A stretch of DNA of 62,362 bases, counting the filler, from Basidioascus undulatus (taxonomy: Eukaryota), in the NCBI GenBank assembly GCA_000826855.1. It is 11 parts of 11 records of this genome, joined end to end, with 100 filler letters (N's around TTAATTAATTAA, not from the genome) between each part and the next. Parts side by side here need not be neighbours in the genome. Positions count along the whole stretch, not along the records: positions 1 to 3,693 come from JTLS01002349.1; positions 3,794 to 28,428 come from JTLS01000235.1; 9 more parts are not named here. One strand, given 5' to 3'. Under the pieces are notes generated by a model. It was given only the letters and a program-made list of their open reading frames with translations. It did not search any database and was not told where the DNA came from. Shown here one piece after another: positions 1-11,540 of this stretch. Position 1 is the stretch's first letter; every line of letters starts with the position of its first letter. Both the position numbers and the translations under genes were made by a program.

Positions 1-662
1 CTCTCCCGACGCTCATCGACTTCTTCCTTCCCCTCCTTCCCGATCCCCTTGCCCGCCTGGTGCACCGCCCACACGACCGTAGGCTCCCCCAGCCCCTCCC
101 CGCTCCACTCCACCTCCGCCTCCAACCCGCCCTCGACGATGCGGGAGACCCGCGCACCCCGCAGGGAGCGGATGACGTCCACGCCCTTGAGCTTGAAGAG
201 CTCGGCGAGGTAGGGGAGGGGGATCCCGCGGAGCGCGGGGTCGGCCATGCGCTGTGGGTCGACCCGGGGCAGGGGCTGGCGCGGGAGCCGGGCGGGGAGG
301 ATCAGGGAGAGCGTCGGCGGAGGAGGGAGTTTAGGGACGGCGGGAGGGCGGGCAAGGGAGAGGGGGGCTTGAGACCATGGGATCGAGCGAGAACGCGGGG
401 TCGTGCTCTGCGCGGCGCCGGCGGGGGACCCGACGCCTACGCCGCGGACCGACCGGCGCTTGTAGGGCGAGGGCGTGCGGGAGGGGTAGGGGCTGTTGGG
501 GCGCGAGGGGGGCGTGGATGTGGAGGAGGAGGAATGCTTGGAGAAGCGCGGGCGGGTCTTGAGCTCCCGGTCGCGGTCGCGGTGAGGCTTGGATGGACGC
601 GAGAGGTGGGGCGAGGGCCCGTTCTCGGTGTCGAGTTGCATCGTTTCCATCATCGAGATCAT
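1..662 (-). CDS. Clampless1 (Clp1)-like protein, N-terminal part (runs off contig end)
   Basis: Frame open from ATG at 662 to position 1 and not listed in the ORF track: MISMMETMQLDTENGPSPH...PSPYKRR...LILPARLPRQPLPRVDPQRMADPALRGIPLPYLAELFKLKGVDVIRSL. Resembles the recalled basidiomycete Clp1 pattern LPxxLxR...DPxLxxxPxxY...G. Confidence 0.5.
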   Translation of the reverse strand, partial: MISMMETMQLDTENGPSPHLSRPSKPHRDRDRELKTRPRFSKHSSSSTSTPPSRPNSPYPSRTPSPYKRRSVRGVGVGSPAGAAQSTTPRSRSIPWSQAPLSLARPPAVPKLPPPPTLSLILPARLPRQPLPRVDPQRMADPALRGIPLPYLAELFKLKGVDVIRSLRGARVSRIVEGGLEAEVEWSGEGLGEPTVVWAVHQAGKGIGKEGKEEVDERRE

Positions 663-2151
663 CTTGTGTCGGTCGCGAGGGGTGTGTGTGTGAGTATGTG
701 CGGATTGAGGTGGACGATGGTGATGGTGGTGGTGTGGCGGTGGTGAGTAAAAAACAAGCAGCAGCGGCGAAGTGCGAAGTCAGCAGCCAGAAAGCGAACG
801 ACAATGCAGGGGCGTCCAGCTCCTGTTTTGCGCTGGACGTTGAACGACGTTCGCTCCTCTCCAGCGAGCGAATATGCAGGAACGTTCGAACGGCGATGAG
901 CGGAACGCCAGCGGAGCCCGTGGCGGATGTAGAGAGTCAGGGAGAGCGAGTCGAATTTTGATGGCAGTAGCGAAGGGGAGCGCAGGAGCCGTTAGCGGTC
1001 CGTGGGCGGAGGCTGAAGACGGAAGATGGAGAGGAGAGCGAGGAAGTGAGGGGAGGGCGAGCTCTCAGGTGCTGTTTGTCAGAGGCTTGACGGTGTCAGC
1101 ATTCAGCTCACTTTCTCCTTTTTTCTGGTCATTTGTGAGACACTCGGGCCTGGGAAGCTGGCTCGAGCGTCGACAATATTGAGCAGGGTATACGTGTTCA
1201 CGGCAGAGAGACGTCGTGGCTCGACGGTCGGCATGAAGGAAGACGTATATTGTCTGGACTGGCAGATCTCTGGTTGGGCCCGTTCACTGCTGCCTCTTGC
1301 GGCACCGAGCTGGCCGCACAGCCGAATTTCATCCTGGGCTCATATCCGATCGGAGCACCGTGCTCCGCGCTGTCCTCCAGTGATCCCATGGCCAAAAGTG
1401 GGTCCGCTCTTGACGGCTGCCTCAGGGAGTCACTTCTAGTTGTATGAGTCAGTCGCAGCCTGAATTCGAAGATCCTGGCGCATCAATTTGTGTCTCTAAA
1501 GCTTCAAGCCTACAACGGTCGGCAAGGGACGAGTAAGGGTTGTCGGAAGCGAAGATCCGAGGAGACTCCTCAGGGCATACTGTCCCGATCCGCTTCCCCG
1601 GTTCATTTCCAACTGAGTTCATTGAGTGCTCGGGATTGGGGAGCTGGATTGAGGAAAAATGACAATCAAATACCTAGTGTTCGGTCCATTTGAACGCCGT
1701 GTATAGGCAAAAAGCACTACGGCCTGAGCACGCAGTCACCTTGCCGCTGTTCTGAATGGAGTGCAACTTGTGTGACACGGTACTCAAATGTGTTTAGAGT
1801 GTATGTTAGGGAGTTGTATTCAGGGAGTCTGGTCGACAAGGGGTTGCTGCAGAGCTCAAGCACGGGAAGTTCCACAGCGGCACGAGAACACTCGCTGAGC
1901 GCAGGCGGCGGCAGTATGAATGAGGGAGATCAGAAAGAAGCGTGTCATTGGGTATCTTGCTGCCAGGACACCGGAAAGACCGAGATGGGAGAAGTGAAAA
2001 TGTACAAACGCTCGCCTCAGAGAGGATTATAGAATACAGTGGGTGCGTGACGGGGTATCAAGCGAAAAGCCAGGCTGAAATCAGAGGGTATTCTTAAAGT
2101 GGACAATAATAAATCGAAGGACAACACAGAAAGAGAAGAGTGGGAGGACCT

Positions 2152-3435
2152 CTACTCCGCTTCGACAGCGGGAGTAGTGGGGCCGAGGAGGATCTCCAGA
2201 GCCGCCTCAGTGAGGACGAGGACGTCCCCAGAACTACATGAACCAATTTTCAACTAGTTCTAGTCTAGTCCTTGCGGTTGGGGCAGGGGAGAGGGTCCGA
2301 AAGACATACGCATCGCGGCAACCGCCGTCCGGGCCAGGAGTGAACACGCCGTTGAGGATCTGGATGAGGACGAGGACGTCAAGTTGGATGCCGGGGCTAT
2401 GTAGCAATAAGGATATCAGTAAGTAAGTAAATTTTTTTAAGGTAGTTTAGGGGAAAGGACGGTGTACGCACATCCGGTCGCACCACTGCCCGACGGCGTT
2501 CTGAATGTAGCGCTGATGATGATGTTGAGGTCGAGGAGGGTGGCGGACCTGAGGTGGGGAAGGACAGTTATGTGTAACAATTGTTGAACCTTTGGGCCAA
2601 AAATAGAGACATATTGGTTGCAGAGTCGGGCAGCACCCCCGCAGGCGGGCCGTGGAAGAGCGCAAGTACAACATTGACGCTCACAAGGAGGCCGGAACTG
2701 ATATCGCCTTCGTCGTTCAACTTGGAAGAGCTTATGGGAAAGGAAGGAAGGGAACGTACATCTCGTCCCGGCAGAAGCCACCAGAGAGGTAAGTGTACCG
2801 TCCATTGATGATCGTAGCGAAGATCTCAGCGCTGAGGATGTTGCCGGCACTGCATGCGAGACGATGGACTGTCAGCGTTGCGAACAGTACCGTAGTTGAA
2901 AGCTCAGTGATGTACCCGTTGGGAAATTTCACCTCACCATTCCCGAAGTACTGCAAGTAGGTTAGCGCGGCGAAGAGTTCGAAGTCGAAGGGCGCGCCGT
3001 AACTGTTGAAGCCAAGAGGGTGCGAGCCAGCCCGTGAGACTGGGAAAGGGAGTTGGGGGAGGACGCAAGCGATGCTGGACCAAGTTCCCTCCCCGCAGGA
3101 GGTGAAGTACCCGGTGAGGAGGTACGCGAGGAGCTCAAGGTGGAGGGCGTTGCCGTTCCTATCCGCACAACCACAAGCCAGTGACTTCGCCAGCAATCTC
3201 AGATAGCTCAAAGAAAGGCGAAACGCACGACTCGCTGTAGCATCCGCACCCCTCCTCTCTCCGCGAAGTAGCCCTCCACGATCGTGAGCGTCGCCTCAAC
3301 GTCGAGGATGGACAGCCCGCCGTTGTTGAGGGGCCGCTCGACCGGGGCCGGGAGGGGCGGGAAGTCGGGCGCGGGCGCGGCGTGGGAGACGGCGCCGAGG
3401 GAGGCGAGGAGGGCGATTAGGGTGGGGGTGTGGAG
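2152..3435 (-). CDS. Secreted protein of unknown function built from hydrophobic/amphipathic repeats (multi-exon; in-frame ATG not found; possible frameshift near 3250)
   Basis: Signal-like LHTPTLIALLASLGAVSHA-APAP. GT-AG-separated exons give ...NGNALHLELLAYLLTGYF..., ...SATLLDLNIIISATF..., ...GIQLDVLVLIQILNGVF..., ...DVLVLTEAALEILLGPTTPAVEAE* (TAG at 2152-2154). Confidence 0.55.
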
Positions 3436-3693
3436 TGGAAGAGTGAGGGGTTGGGAATGCGGAGGTGAGAAGGGGAAGTGTTGGAGTGGGATGAGGGGAA
3501 AGCAGCGGGGTGGAAGGCGGCCTTTATGCGATTCTGTAACATGTTGTGTGTTGTTCAGTTAACAGAACAGACTGGGCTGGGCTGAGAGATTATTTCTGGG
3601 CTTGATAGGCCGTGTCGAACGTTGTCGGGTTCTAGAAGGCGGTCATGGTCGATGGACAAGCCGGGAGGAGGGCCGGGTGTCAGTTTCGTTATG

Positions 3694-3793
3694 NNNNNNN
3701 NNNNNNNNNNNNNNNNNNNNNNNNNNNNNNNNNNNNNTTAATTAATTAANNNNNNNNNNNNNNNNNNNNNNNNNNNNNNNNNNNNNNNNNNNN
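3694..3793. other. Artificial contig spacer (N44-TTAATTAATTAA-N44)
   Basis: 100-nt N run containing a six-frame stop linker. Confidence 0.98.
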
Positions 3794-4217
3794 CCATGCT
3801 GCGCGTCCTCATCCGCTTCATGAACCCCTCTCAACCTCTTGTCGAACCCCTGGTGCCGCGACGCGCTGATGTCCTCCATACCTCAGCTCGAATCGCCAAT
3901 TGTGAGCGCGCTCAGCTTAGCTCACGACATTCGCTTTCCAGTCGCTGCGCAAATCACGCTCCCAAGTTCAGGCCTGTAGTGTTCAATCATTTCGTTCGTA
4001 CGCGAGCTTCTGGGCTTCAGACATGGATCCCATTCTCTGCGGCTAACCTCGGGGCGTGTCGAATCGACGACGCGGCTTGCGGACGGCGCCGCGAGCTCTG
4101 AGGAATCACTTGCCGGTCGCGCTTCCGCCGCGGGCGCAGAACGTGCAGGCTGCCCCCAAGAAGGCAGGTGAGCGAGAGCTGGGGGCAAGAGATGTGAGGG
4201 TGCGCATACACGAATAA

Positions 4218-4256
4218 TTCTTGGAGCTGTCGTCGTTCTTGGAGCTGTCGTCGTTC
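4218..4256. repeat. 18-nt tandem duplication TTCTTGGAGCTGTCGTCG x2
   Basis: Exact direct repeat followed by TTC; in-frame length. Confidence 0.85.
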
Positions 4257-5352
4257 ACAGCCGTCGTGCGCTGTAGGTCCTTGGCCTCGACCTGGGAATG
4301 GCACAGGCACAGGCTTCAGCGGGCGAGCACGAAAGGGAACCCTTCCCCCTCTCTCCTACAGACCTTCCGATTTCCACCAGATACTTGACCGGGTCGAACT
4401 TCTTACCCTTCGCCGAAGCGGCCATTGCGCCATCATGCAGCTGCACGTCCAGGCACCGGGGGGTCAACCGCCCGGCCCTTGATCCTCGTTATCTGCGAGC
4501 TTTCACGACGAACCTCGCAGATGAACTGGAAGTAAACCTTGATGCGCTCGATGGTCTCTCCGCTCAACATGCCCGAGCACATCTGTGGATTGGGTGGGTA
4601 TCTTGTTCGAGTCGGGAACTGCCGATGGGGTGGACTGACCAAGGCCGCTTTCATCATGCCAATGCCTACGCCCTCAATCTCGTCCTTCATGTTTGTGAAC
4701 CGTGTGACTGAGGTTAGACGCAGGGTAGTGAGTTTGAGTGTGGGGAGAATTTGGCGACTTGGATCGTGGCGGGCGAAGCGAAGGAGAAGACCGCGTTTCG
4801 ACTTGCACGCTGACACATCCAAACCGTGACGGTGATGCCGTCTTGAAGGTATGGGAACTCCGCTGTTCAGGTTCACGCAGAGCGAGTTAAGTCCGTTTTC
4901 GGGACGCGCTGAATTTGAACGCAGTCGCCTGTTTGTAGGAAGCTTTGGGTTGCAAGAACAACAGTTGGACAGGCGCTGCCACGGAAGACCAACAAGCACC
5001 ATAATTGGGAGGGGGATAATTTGACTTGGCTCATAGAGACAATGGCGCACAGAGCTTCTCTGAAATGATGAAAGGAGCTTTCGTTTGAAGACTTCCGATA
5101 CGCACCCAGCTAAGGCTGCACTGCGGTGGCACACTATCCGTCGAACACGATCTGCGGCTGCATGTAAACGCTACAATTAGTTTGTTCTTCATGAAGGTGC
5201 AAGGCACATATCTATCGCACAGCCGTCTTTGCAAGGGGGCAGAATACCGGTGCTCTCTGGCATGCCCCAGTGGTCAGACTGACCTGCCCTTGGTACCACA
5301 CAACAGCACGCCCACGCAGATATCGAACAATGTACACAAATTACAACATTAC

Positions 5353-6293
5353 TCAAGCCTAATCGAACAAGCGCCCCGTCCCCTCTTTCCCACTCCGCCT
5401 CAGCTCACGCCCCAACCTCAACCACCTCCCCCTGCTCCGCCCTGCCCTTCGCCGCCCCATCCCCGAGCACCCACTCCTTGCTTACGAACGCCGGCGCGCC
5501 GTAGCCCTTCTCGCGCGCAAACTCCTGCCCCCTCACGCGCCCGGACGGGTCGGACGGGGAGACGTAGAACTCGTCGATGATCGGGAACTGGAGGAGGTTC
5601 TGGTGCGGCGTGATGGTGATCAGGGTGTTGGTGCGGATTTCGAGCCAGTCCGCTGCGAGCAGAGCGAATCAGTTTGGTGTGTCGGGACGGAGAGGGGAAA
5701 GGGAAGGAAGAGGATTGAGGATGATGAGGCGACCAACCTTTCTCGAAAGTCAGCGGCTCAGAAGCAATGAGGATGATGTCCTCGCGCTTGTCCGACTTGG
5801 TCATCTTGTAGTGGCCACCCGGCGCGTACTCGTAGAAGGAGGTGCCAGAGGAGAAGTACTGCGGTGCGCCAATGGCAAAGAGGCTGAGGTCAGCGGGGTG
5901 TTGGGGTGCGGTAGAGGGAAGGAGAAGGGAGAACGCACGAGCGACGCAGCCTCTTCCGTCCGCGAAGAGATATACCGCGACGCGACGACCGACGACCCGT
6001 CCGTTACGCAGAAGTTCATCAAGCTCGGCTGTTGTTTCCATGCAAATGCATATCAAGTTAGCATGATAGTCCCCCCAGCAAACTGACCCTTTCCGGGGGG
6101 AGACAGAAGGTACGGCGGGAAGGAGAGGAAGAGAGGGCAACAGAAAAGGAGAGGGGGGGGATAAGAATGGAGAAAAGGAACGCACCTCCGTAATCCCCTT
6201 CTCCTTCGCCCACGCGGTGAGCGTCGAGATGGTCTTGAGCATCGCGTCCTTGAGCTCGCGCCAGTCGAAGCTCGCTTTGAGGGGGTCGGTGAG
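5353..6293 (-). pseudogene. DUG3: Class II glutamine amidotransferase (Dug3-like), C-terminal half only
   Basis: Spliced exons: LTDPLKASFDWRELKDAMLKTISTL...PSLMNFCVTDGSSVVASRYISSRTEEAASL-YFSSGTSFYEYAPGGHYKMTKSDKREDIILIASEPLTFEK-ADWLEIRTNTLITITPHQNLLQFPIIDEFY. No N-terminal catalytic Cys half is found upstream. Confidence 0.75.
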
Positions 6294-6356
6294 CTACGGT
6301 CCCGCCCACACATATCCCACATTTGTCAGCTCGCTTCCCGAGAGCGGGCGAGGAGT

Positions 6357-6641
6357 TCAGGGGGAAGGAAAAAGGGTCAACGCGCCTGTGCAGAAGAAGC
6401 ATGACTCCACCGGGCACGGCCCCGCGAGCACGGCAGCCATCTCCCCCGGCGTGATACGGCGCTCGAGCGAGAGGGGGACGCCGTACCCTGCGCGTGAGAG
6501 CGCGTCCCGCCAGAAAGCGTCGTCGGCACAGAGCGAGCGAAGGGAGGTGCATGTGCGGGAAAACGCGACGGCTGAGGGGAGGGGGAGGAAGTCCCGCAGG
6601 GCGAGAAGGGTCTCGGAGGGGAGATAGAGGAGGGCGGTCAT
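6357..6641 (-). CDS. F-box domain protein, N-terminal exon
   Basis: MTALLYLPSETLLALRDFLPLPSAVAFSRTCTSLRSLCADDAFWRDAL matches the F-box consensus (LLxLPxE...S.TC..L..L..D..W). Confidence 0.7.
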   Translation of the reverse strand: MTALLYLPSETLLALRDFLPLPSAVAFSRTCTSLRSLCADDAFWRDALSRAGYGVPLSLERRITPGEMAAVLAGPCPVESCFFCTGALTLFPSP

Positions 6642-7224
6642 GAGGGTGGCGGGGCCTGGTGGGTTTTGGGTCAGTATTAAAGGTGTGAGGGAGTGAGCGG
6701 GGTCAGTGGTCAGGCGAAGGAGGTGGGTGAGGAGGTAACCGAAGTAAGCGAGCGCTTATGAGAGTCCGAGCTGTGAGCGTGCCTTCGAAACAAGGAAAAG
6801 GTGTTTTTAGATGGCTGTCTAAATCCATTGTTCTATCCGTTCAGCGCAGCTTTTTAGGGGCAAGAAAACTTGTTCAATTCAGTTTGAGGCGCTGAAGCTC
6901 AAGTGCCTGAGGCCAGGTTGCTAGTCGTCCGCAGCTTCAGTTTCGCTTGCCTCTCCTGCACACGGTATTTCAGGACCCATGGATGATACAGCTGCCGCTT
7001 TCGCCCTTTACTTACACGGAAAACATGTTTTAGTGTCATCAGCTTGCCACACCTGACATACTCATGCCGCCACGCTCAGTGAGCGGCTTAAACGAAGAAT
7101 AGACAGGCTTGCACTGCACTGCTTCAAGCGCGTTACGCCGGGACGCCCTATTGACAACGAAAACCAAGCATTCAGATGTTTTGGAAAGCATTGAAATTGC
7201 CAGAGGACCTCCGTTCCGCACCCC

Positions 7225-7893
7225 TCACACACACCTTTGCTCCGACAGCAGAACAAACTCAACCACCGCCCCCGGCCCTCGAGCGTCGTAATCTAGTGGA
7301 AGGACCCAAATCAGGTCTTTAAGCACGTCGGGCCTCCATGCGTGCTGTTCGTAGCCTGGGATGTCAATCCGCACAGACCGGAGCTGAGGGTCATAGTGAA
7401 CGAGCGCAGATCCCCAGTCGACGTCTCGAGGGGTACACGTAACCGAGGCTTTCATTGAAGACTTCGAGGCGCATCGGGTTTCGAAACATCAAGGAGAGTG
7501 TATGGATGCAGCAGGTATCCTCATTTGACGACCGCGCGACTCGCGGAGCAGCGCCAGGAAGGTCGCGTCCAATCGACCCCAGTCGTCCGGCAGACAAGGG
7601 ATGGAAAGATGCCTCGTGTGCCGGAGGGGAGAAAGAGAGTATGCGCGAAGGCCCGGTAGGAACCGCCCGAGTGCCGCCTCGTCTGTGATCGAAACGGAGG
7701 TGTACAGGTGTGCAGTTGCCACGGCGCCCAACTGCTTGTTGACGAGCGCGGCCGAAGCCAGGGACGGAGGGTCGAGGTACGACATAACCTCGCTCACCAG
7801 CTCGAGGATGCGGTGCCAGGTCGGCGCGGGGAAGACAGGCAAGGTGGCGGTGACGCTCATGAGGCTCGGGACTCTGGGCACGGTCGAGGACAT
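7225..7893 (-). pseudogene. F-box-like protein, probably disrupted
   Basis: MSSTVPRV...LELVSEVMSYLDPPSLASAALVNKQLGAVATAHLYTSVSI is an F-box followed by a typical basidiomycete LY..V motif. The frame stops at 7489 while coding-like sequence continues in other frames. Confidence 0.5.
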
Positions 7894-8378
7894 GTTGCGG
7901 CGCTCGGTTAGGGGGATGGATGTGATGCGTGGCGGAGTGCTAATGGGAAAAGCGAGGTGAAAGTGGAAGGGAGAGACCAAGGACAAATTGACTCGTGCGG
8001 CCGCAAATTGGGTGAGGCATGAGCGCACGGAAACAGTCCAAAAGCGGCCTGGACATATCGCGACTAACAAAACCGGTATCATCCTAGAAAAGCATGATGT
8101 TCTGCTCAGCAGAATAAGCAGGGAAAAGTGGCACTAAAAGCGTGTGGCAGGCGAGTCTCTCTCAAGAAGCTGGTAAAAGCGATGCAATAAAGTCGGGATG
8201 GCGCATGCGCCGAGGTCGTGAAGATCTACCTGAAGTATTTGAAAATCAACGTGTTCGAAGACTAAGAGTGTAAGCGATCTACTAGGATAAAACGCAATAA
8301 AATGTCCAAAGATCCCAAGAGACCCTAAAACGAAAGGATAGCCACGAAAGCCCGATACGTGAGAGGAAAAATAGTCCG

Positions 8379-9438
8379 CTAAGAAACCGCCAAAGCCAAT
8401 AACAGCGCTCCGCCTAACAGCCCCGAATGCGACATCCCTATTGCAGTTCCCCTCGCTCCGGAGGTGGTCGAGCTCTCCGCAACAGGCGTCAGTTCCCCGC
8501 CGCACGCGTCAAGGAACGCGCTCGACGCGTTGACGTACGTGCGCGCGAGCGCGGCGTTCTCGGAGACGCCGGCGGAGGGGTAGAGGGAGAGGAGACTGCG
8601 CGTGCAGGAGGAGCAGGACATGTGGGACGCGGAGGTAGACGACTTGGGGAGCGGCGTGCCGAGCGGGAGGAGGTAGAAGTAGAGCGCGGAGGGGGAGGGG
8701 GAGAAGGCCGCTTCGGCGTAGCAGTAGAGAGAGGTGCTCGAGTCGCGCTGGCAGGCGGCGGTGGAGAGGATGGGGTAGGCTTGGAGGGCTGCGTGTCGAG
8801 ACAAAGGGGAGTGAGCGGTCGAAGAAACGGGCAACAGGCACACTGCGCTGGTGCAGGGGCGGCGCGTGATAGAGATACTCACCCGTGATAGCCTGCATAA
8901 CGAGCGCGTTCTCCTGCTCGATCTCGACCGCGCACGCGTTCGTGGCCGAGAGCGTCTCGACCCACTTGGCCATGGCGTACTGGCACGCATCGCTGCGGGC
9001 GGAGCAGGACTTGTCGAGCGTGCCGACGAGGAGGGACGCGTTCGTCTGGAGCGCGTAGAAGGACGTGGAGGAGGAGAGGAGGAGGGAGAATGGCTTGCAG
9101 CCGGAGAGGGACGTCGAGCCGATGAAGGACTGGAACGCGATCGCGCAGGCTGTGGTCAAACTGTGGGGGGTTTCGTCCTCGCTCAGTCTCCCATTCCCTC
9201 CAGCCCCAAAGGCGATAGTCTCAAGATGGATCGGGAAGGCCACGCACTTTGCATATGACAAGATCGTGTCGAACGGAGCCGGGAAAGGGTTCGGCGCGAC
9301 GCCCACCTCCGGCACGGTCGCTGTCAAGTTGGCGCTCGCGTCGGACGCGGTCGCTGCGGCCGCTGGTGGCAGTGCAGCGAGCGCGGCAAGGAGGGCGAGG
9401 ACGAGGAGGAGGTTCAAGCGCCCGAATCGGCGCGCCAT
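8379..9438 (-). CDS. Cys-rich secreted, GPI-anchored conserved fungal protein (DUF7729-like)
   Basis: Signal peptide, then PFPAPFDT...C..F...C.PFSLLL..S.SF...C...C...QA..ALQAY...AC...YCY...LYFY.LPLG..LP...CSSCT, then a C-terminal omega site and hydrophobic tail (SGARG...GALLLALAVS*). Two GT-AG introns. Confidence 0.75.
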
Positions 9439-11540
9439 GATTATTGCGGTTCTTCGGGCGAGAACCGGATGAGGGTCGTAAACGAAATTGAAGGAGTGCG
9501 GTTGTGCAAATGAGTGTGAAGGTGTCTGGGCAGTGTGTCGCCCGCCAGTGGAGGACTAGGGTGCTGGTACCGTGTCGTGAAGGGAGATGCAGGAGGAGAG
9601 GATGAGGATGAGGATGAGGAAAAAGGCCGTGATGATGGAGCAGATCGAGGGCGACGCGGGAAGGCACGACGGCGGCCTCGTGTTAAAGAGTGAGGCCTCG
9701 GCCCCTCTCTGTTCCTCCCGCCAGACCCTCATCCTCTGCTCCCCTCTGCCTTTCATATTACTCTTTCCGTCTGTTTCTCTAATAATAATTAGTGGTGCTA
9801 CACGTCTATTAATTGTTCTCCTGACCATGAGCATGGAAAATTGGACGGGCGAAAACAAAGAAGACTGAGTCTCAATGAAGCGATTTGAGACATCGCGTGG
9901 CACATGGTTAACGTACTCTTAGTGGGTTCCTGGCTGGACAAGCTCGGTGCCCTCCAACGCACGCAAGCTCGTTGCGCAAGAAAGGTCCCGTTGAGCATGG
10001 ACGAACAGCTTGGCAACTTATTCCTGCTGAAGTTTGTAAGTTGCATCCTGCTTTCTGTGGGTAGGCAGCGAGGCTCTGCGGGAAGGAAACGCGGGTGGTT
10101 CAGGCAAATTTTGAACTCGAGGTCGCAGTGAATGTCACGGTTGCGGACGGGTCGCCGCCTGATTGAGCACAGCCCAATATTCTTCTAAGTAGTAGGACAC
10201 CTATGGGCTACTGTAAAGTCCCCGTTACCACGGTATCATTCCTGACTTGGCGCACCATCGCTATTCCGATCAATCCAGGAGCGCAGCCTTAGCTCGTGCT
10301 TCTCCTGCTCCTCATTCCGACGTAGCGGCCGCGCACACTTGGACTGCTGCGCATCCGATTATTTGCCTATCGTGGAAGACCCTGAGGGAAACTCATTTGT
10401 GTCGCGAGGGCTGGTCAGTGGTCGAATCCCCCGCGTTCGTTCGTGTACATGCCCTCGTCCTTCACTACTCGTTCTCGTTGCGAATGTGGTCCAAAGTCCT
10501 CAAATATACACGACATAAACTCAAGAGGTGCATCAGGGACCACTGGAATTCTCTCGTTTGGGCGCCAGCTGCCTTGAAGAGGCTGACACAGCCAAGAGAC
10601 GGTGCAGGCGAAAGCACAGCATGCTCCCCAGTTGGATTCAACACCGTGGGAACGAAGTATCAGGGGGAGACTACTGAGAACCTAGACCGACATGCTCAAC
10701 AAGTCACCCAAAAAATTCTCAGATTAGGTGCCTCCTTGTAAGTTGCGAGGGGGTTGCCAGCAAGAGGCACATTCAATGCTGCCGGTCTACATCTTTCTCT
10801 CGGGACTTATTCCATTGAGGGAACAAGAAGGAACCTTTAACTGTTTCTATATCCCATTTTGAATGCTGAATGTCACAAATGAGGGCCTGCGAACTGGAGT
10901 GGTAGCGGGAATTGTTAGTGTAGGAAAACGTTGTGAATCTCTGAAGTTGGGTGGTGAAACCATCATTCAGGGGTGTGGGGAAATTTAAAAGAAGGTGAAT
11001 CGAAAAATTGTTGGTTATCCATGGACGGTTGTAAGGATTGAGAATAGGGCGGTATACGTCTTCTAGGAAGCAGTCGGGCTGCTCTCTTGTTTATTCACTG
11101 CGGTGTATGGATTGGGTCGAAGTTCTGTATGGGCCACTAGAACGTTTATCTGATGTTAATTCTTAATCAGATATTTTATCGGTATGTAATCAATGCTATA
11201 CCATTGAAGCGAGTGCGATGAGATGTGCCTGTAAGAGCTGAGGCAGTCCGGCCCGTAAAAGTTGCACGTGCTGGCCTTCACAGGCTCGCTGACGGCATGT
11301 GTCTCCATTGTGATACTTCAAGACTCTCTATTATGGGGCCCATAGTAATGGGTTGCCTAGATGTATGCGCACCGGGGAATTGCGGACCATGTAGTCTTGA
11401 CGCGACTGTGCCATCTGACAACCACACCTTCCTCCACCTCATCATAGAGCGATAACACAGGCGTCGAAGGAGGGAAGCAGTCCTCTCTACCAAACAGCCA
11501 TCATCCTCTCCCTCCCCCTTAACCGTGTTGCCAACCTAAT

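Noticed and set aside
60..746. 228-aa plus-strand ORF and similar long Arg/Gly-rich ORFs throughout
   Set aside because: Antisense or alternative-frame shadows of high-GC coding sequence.
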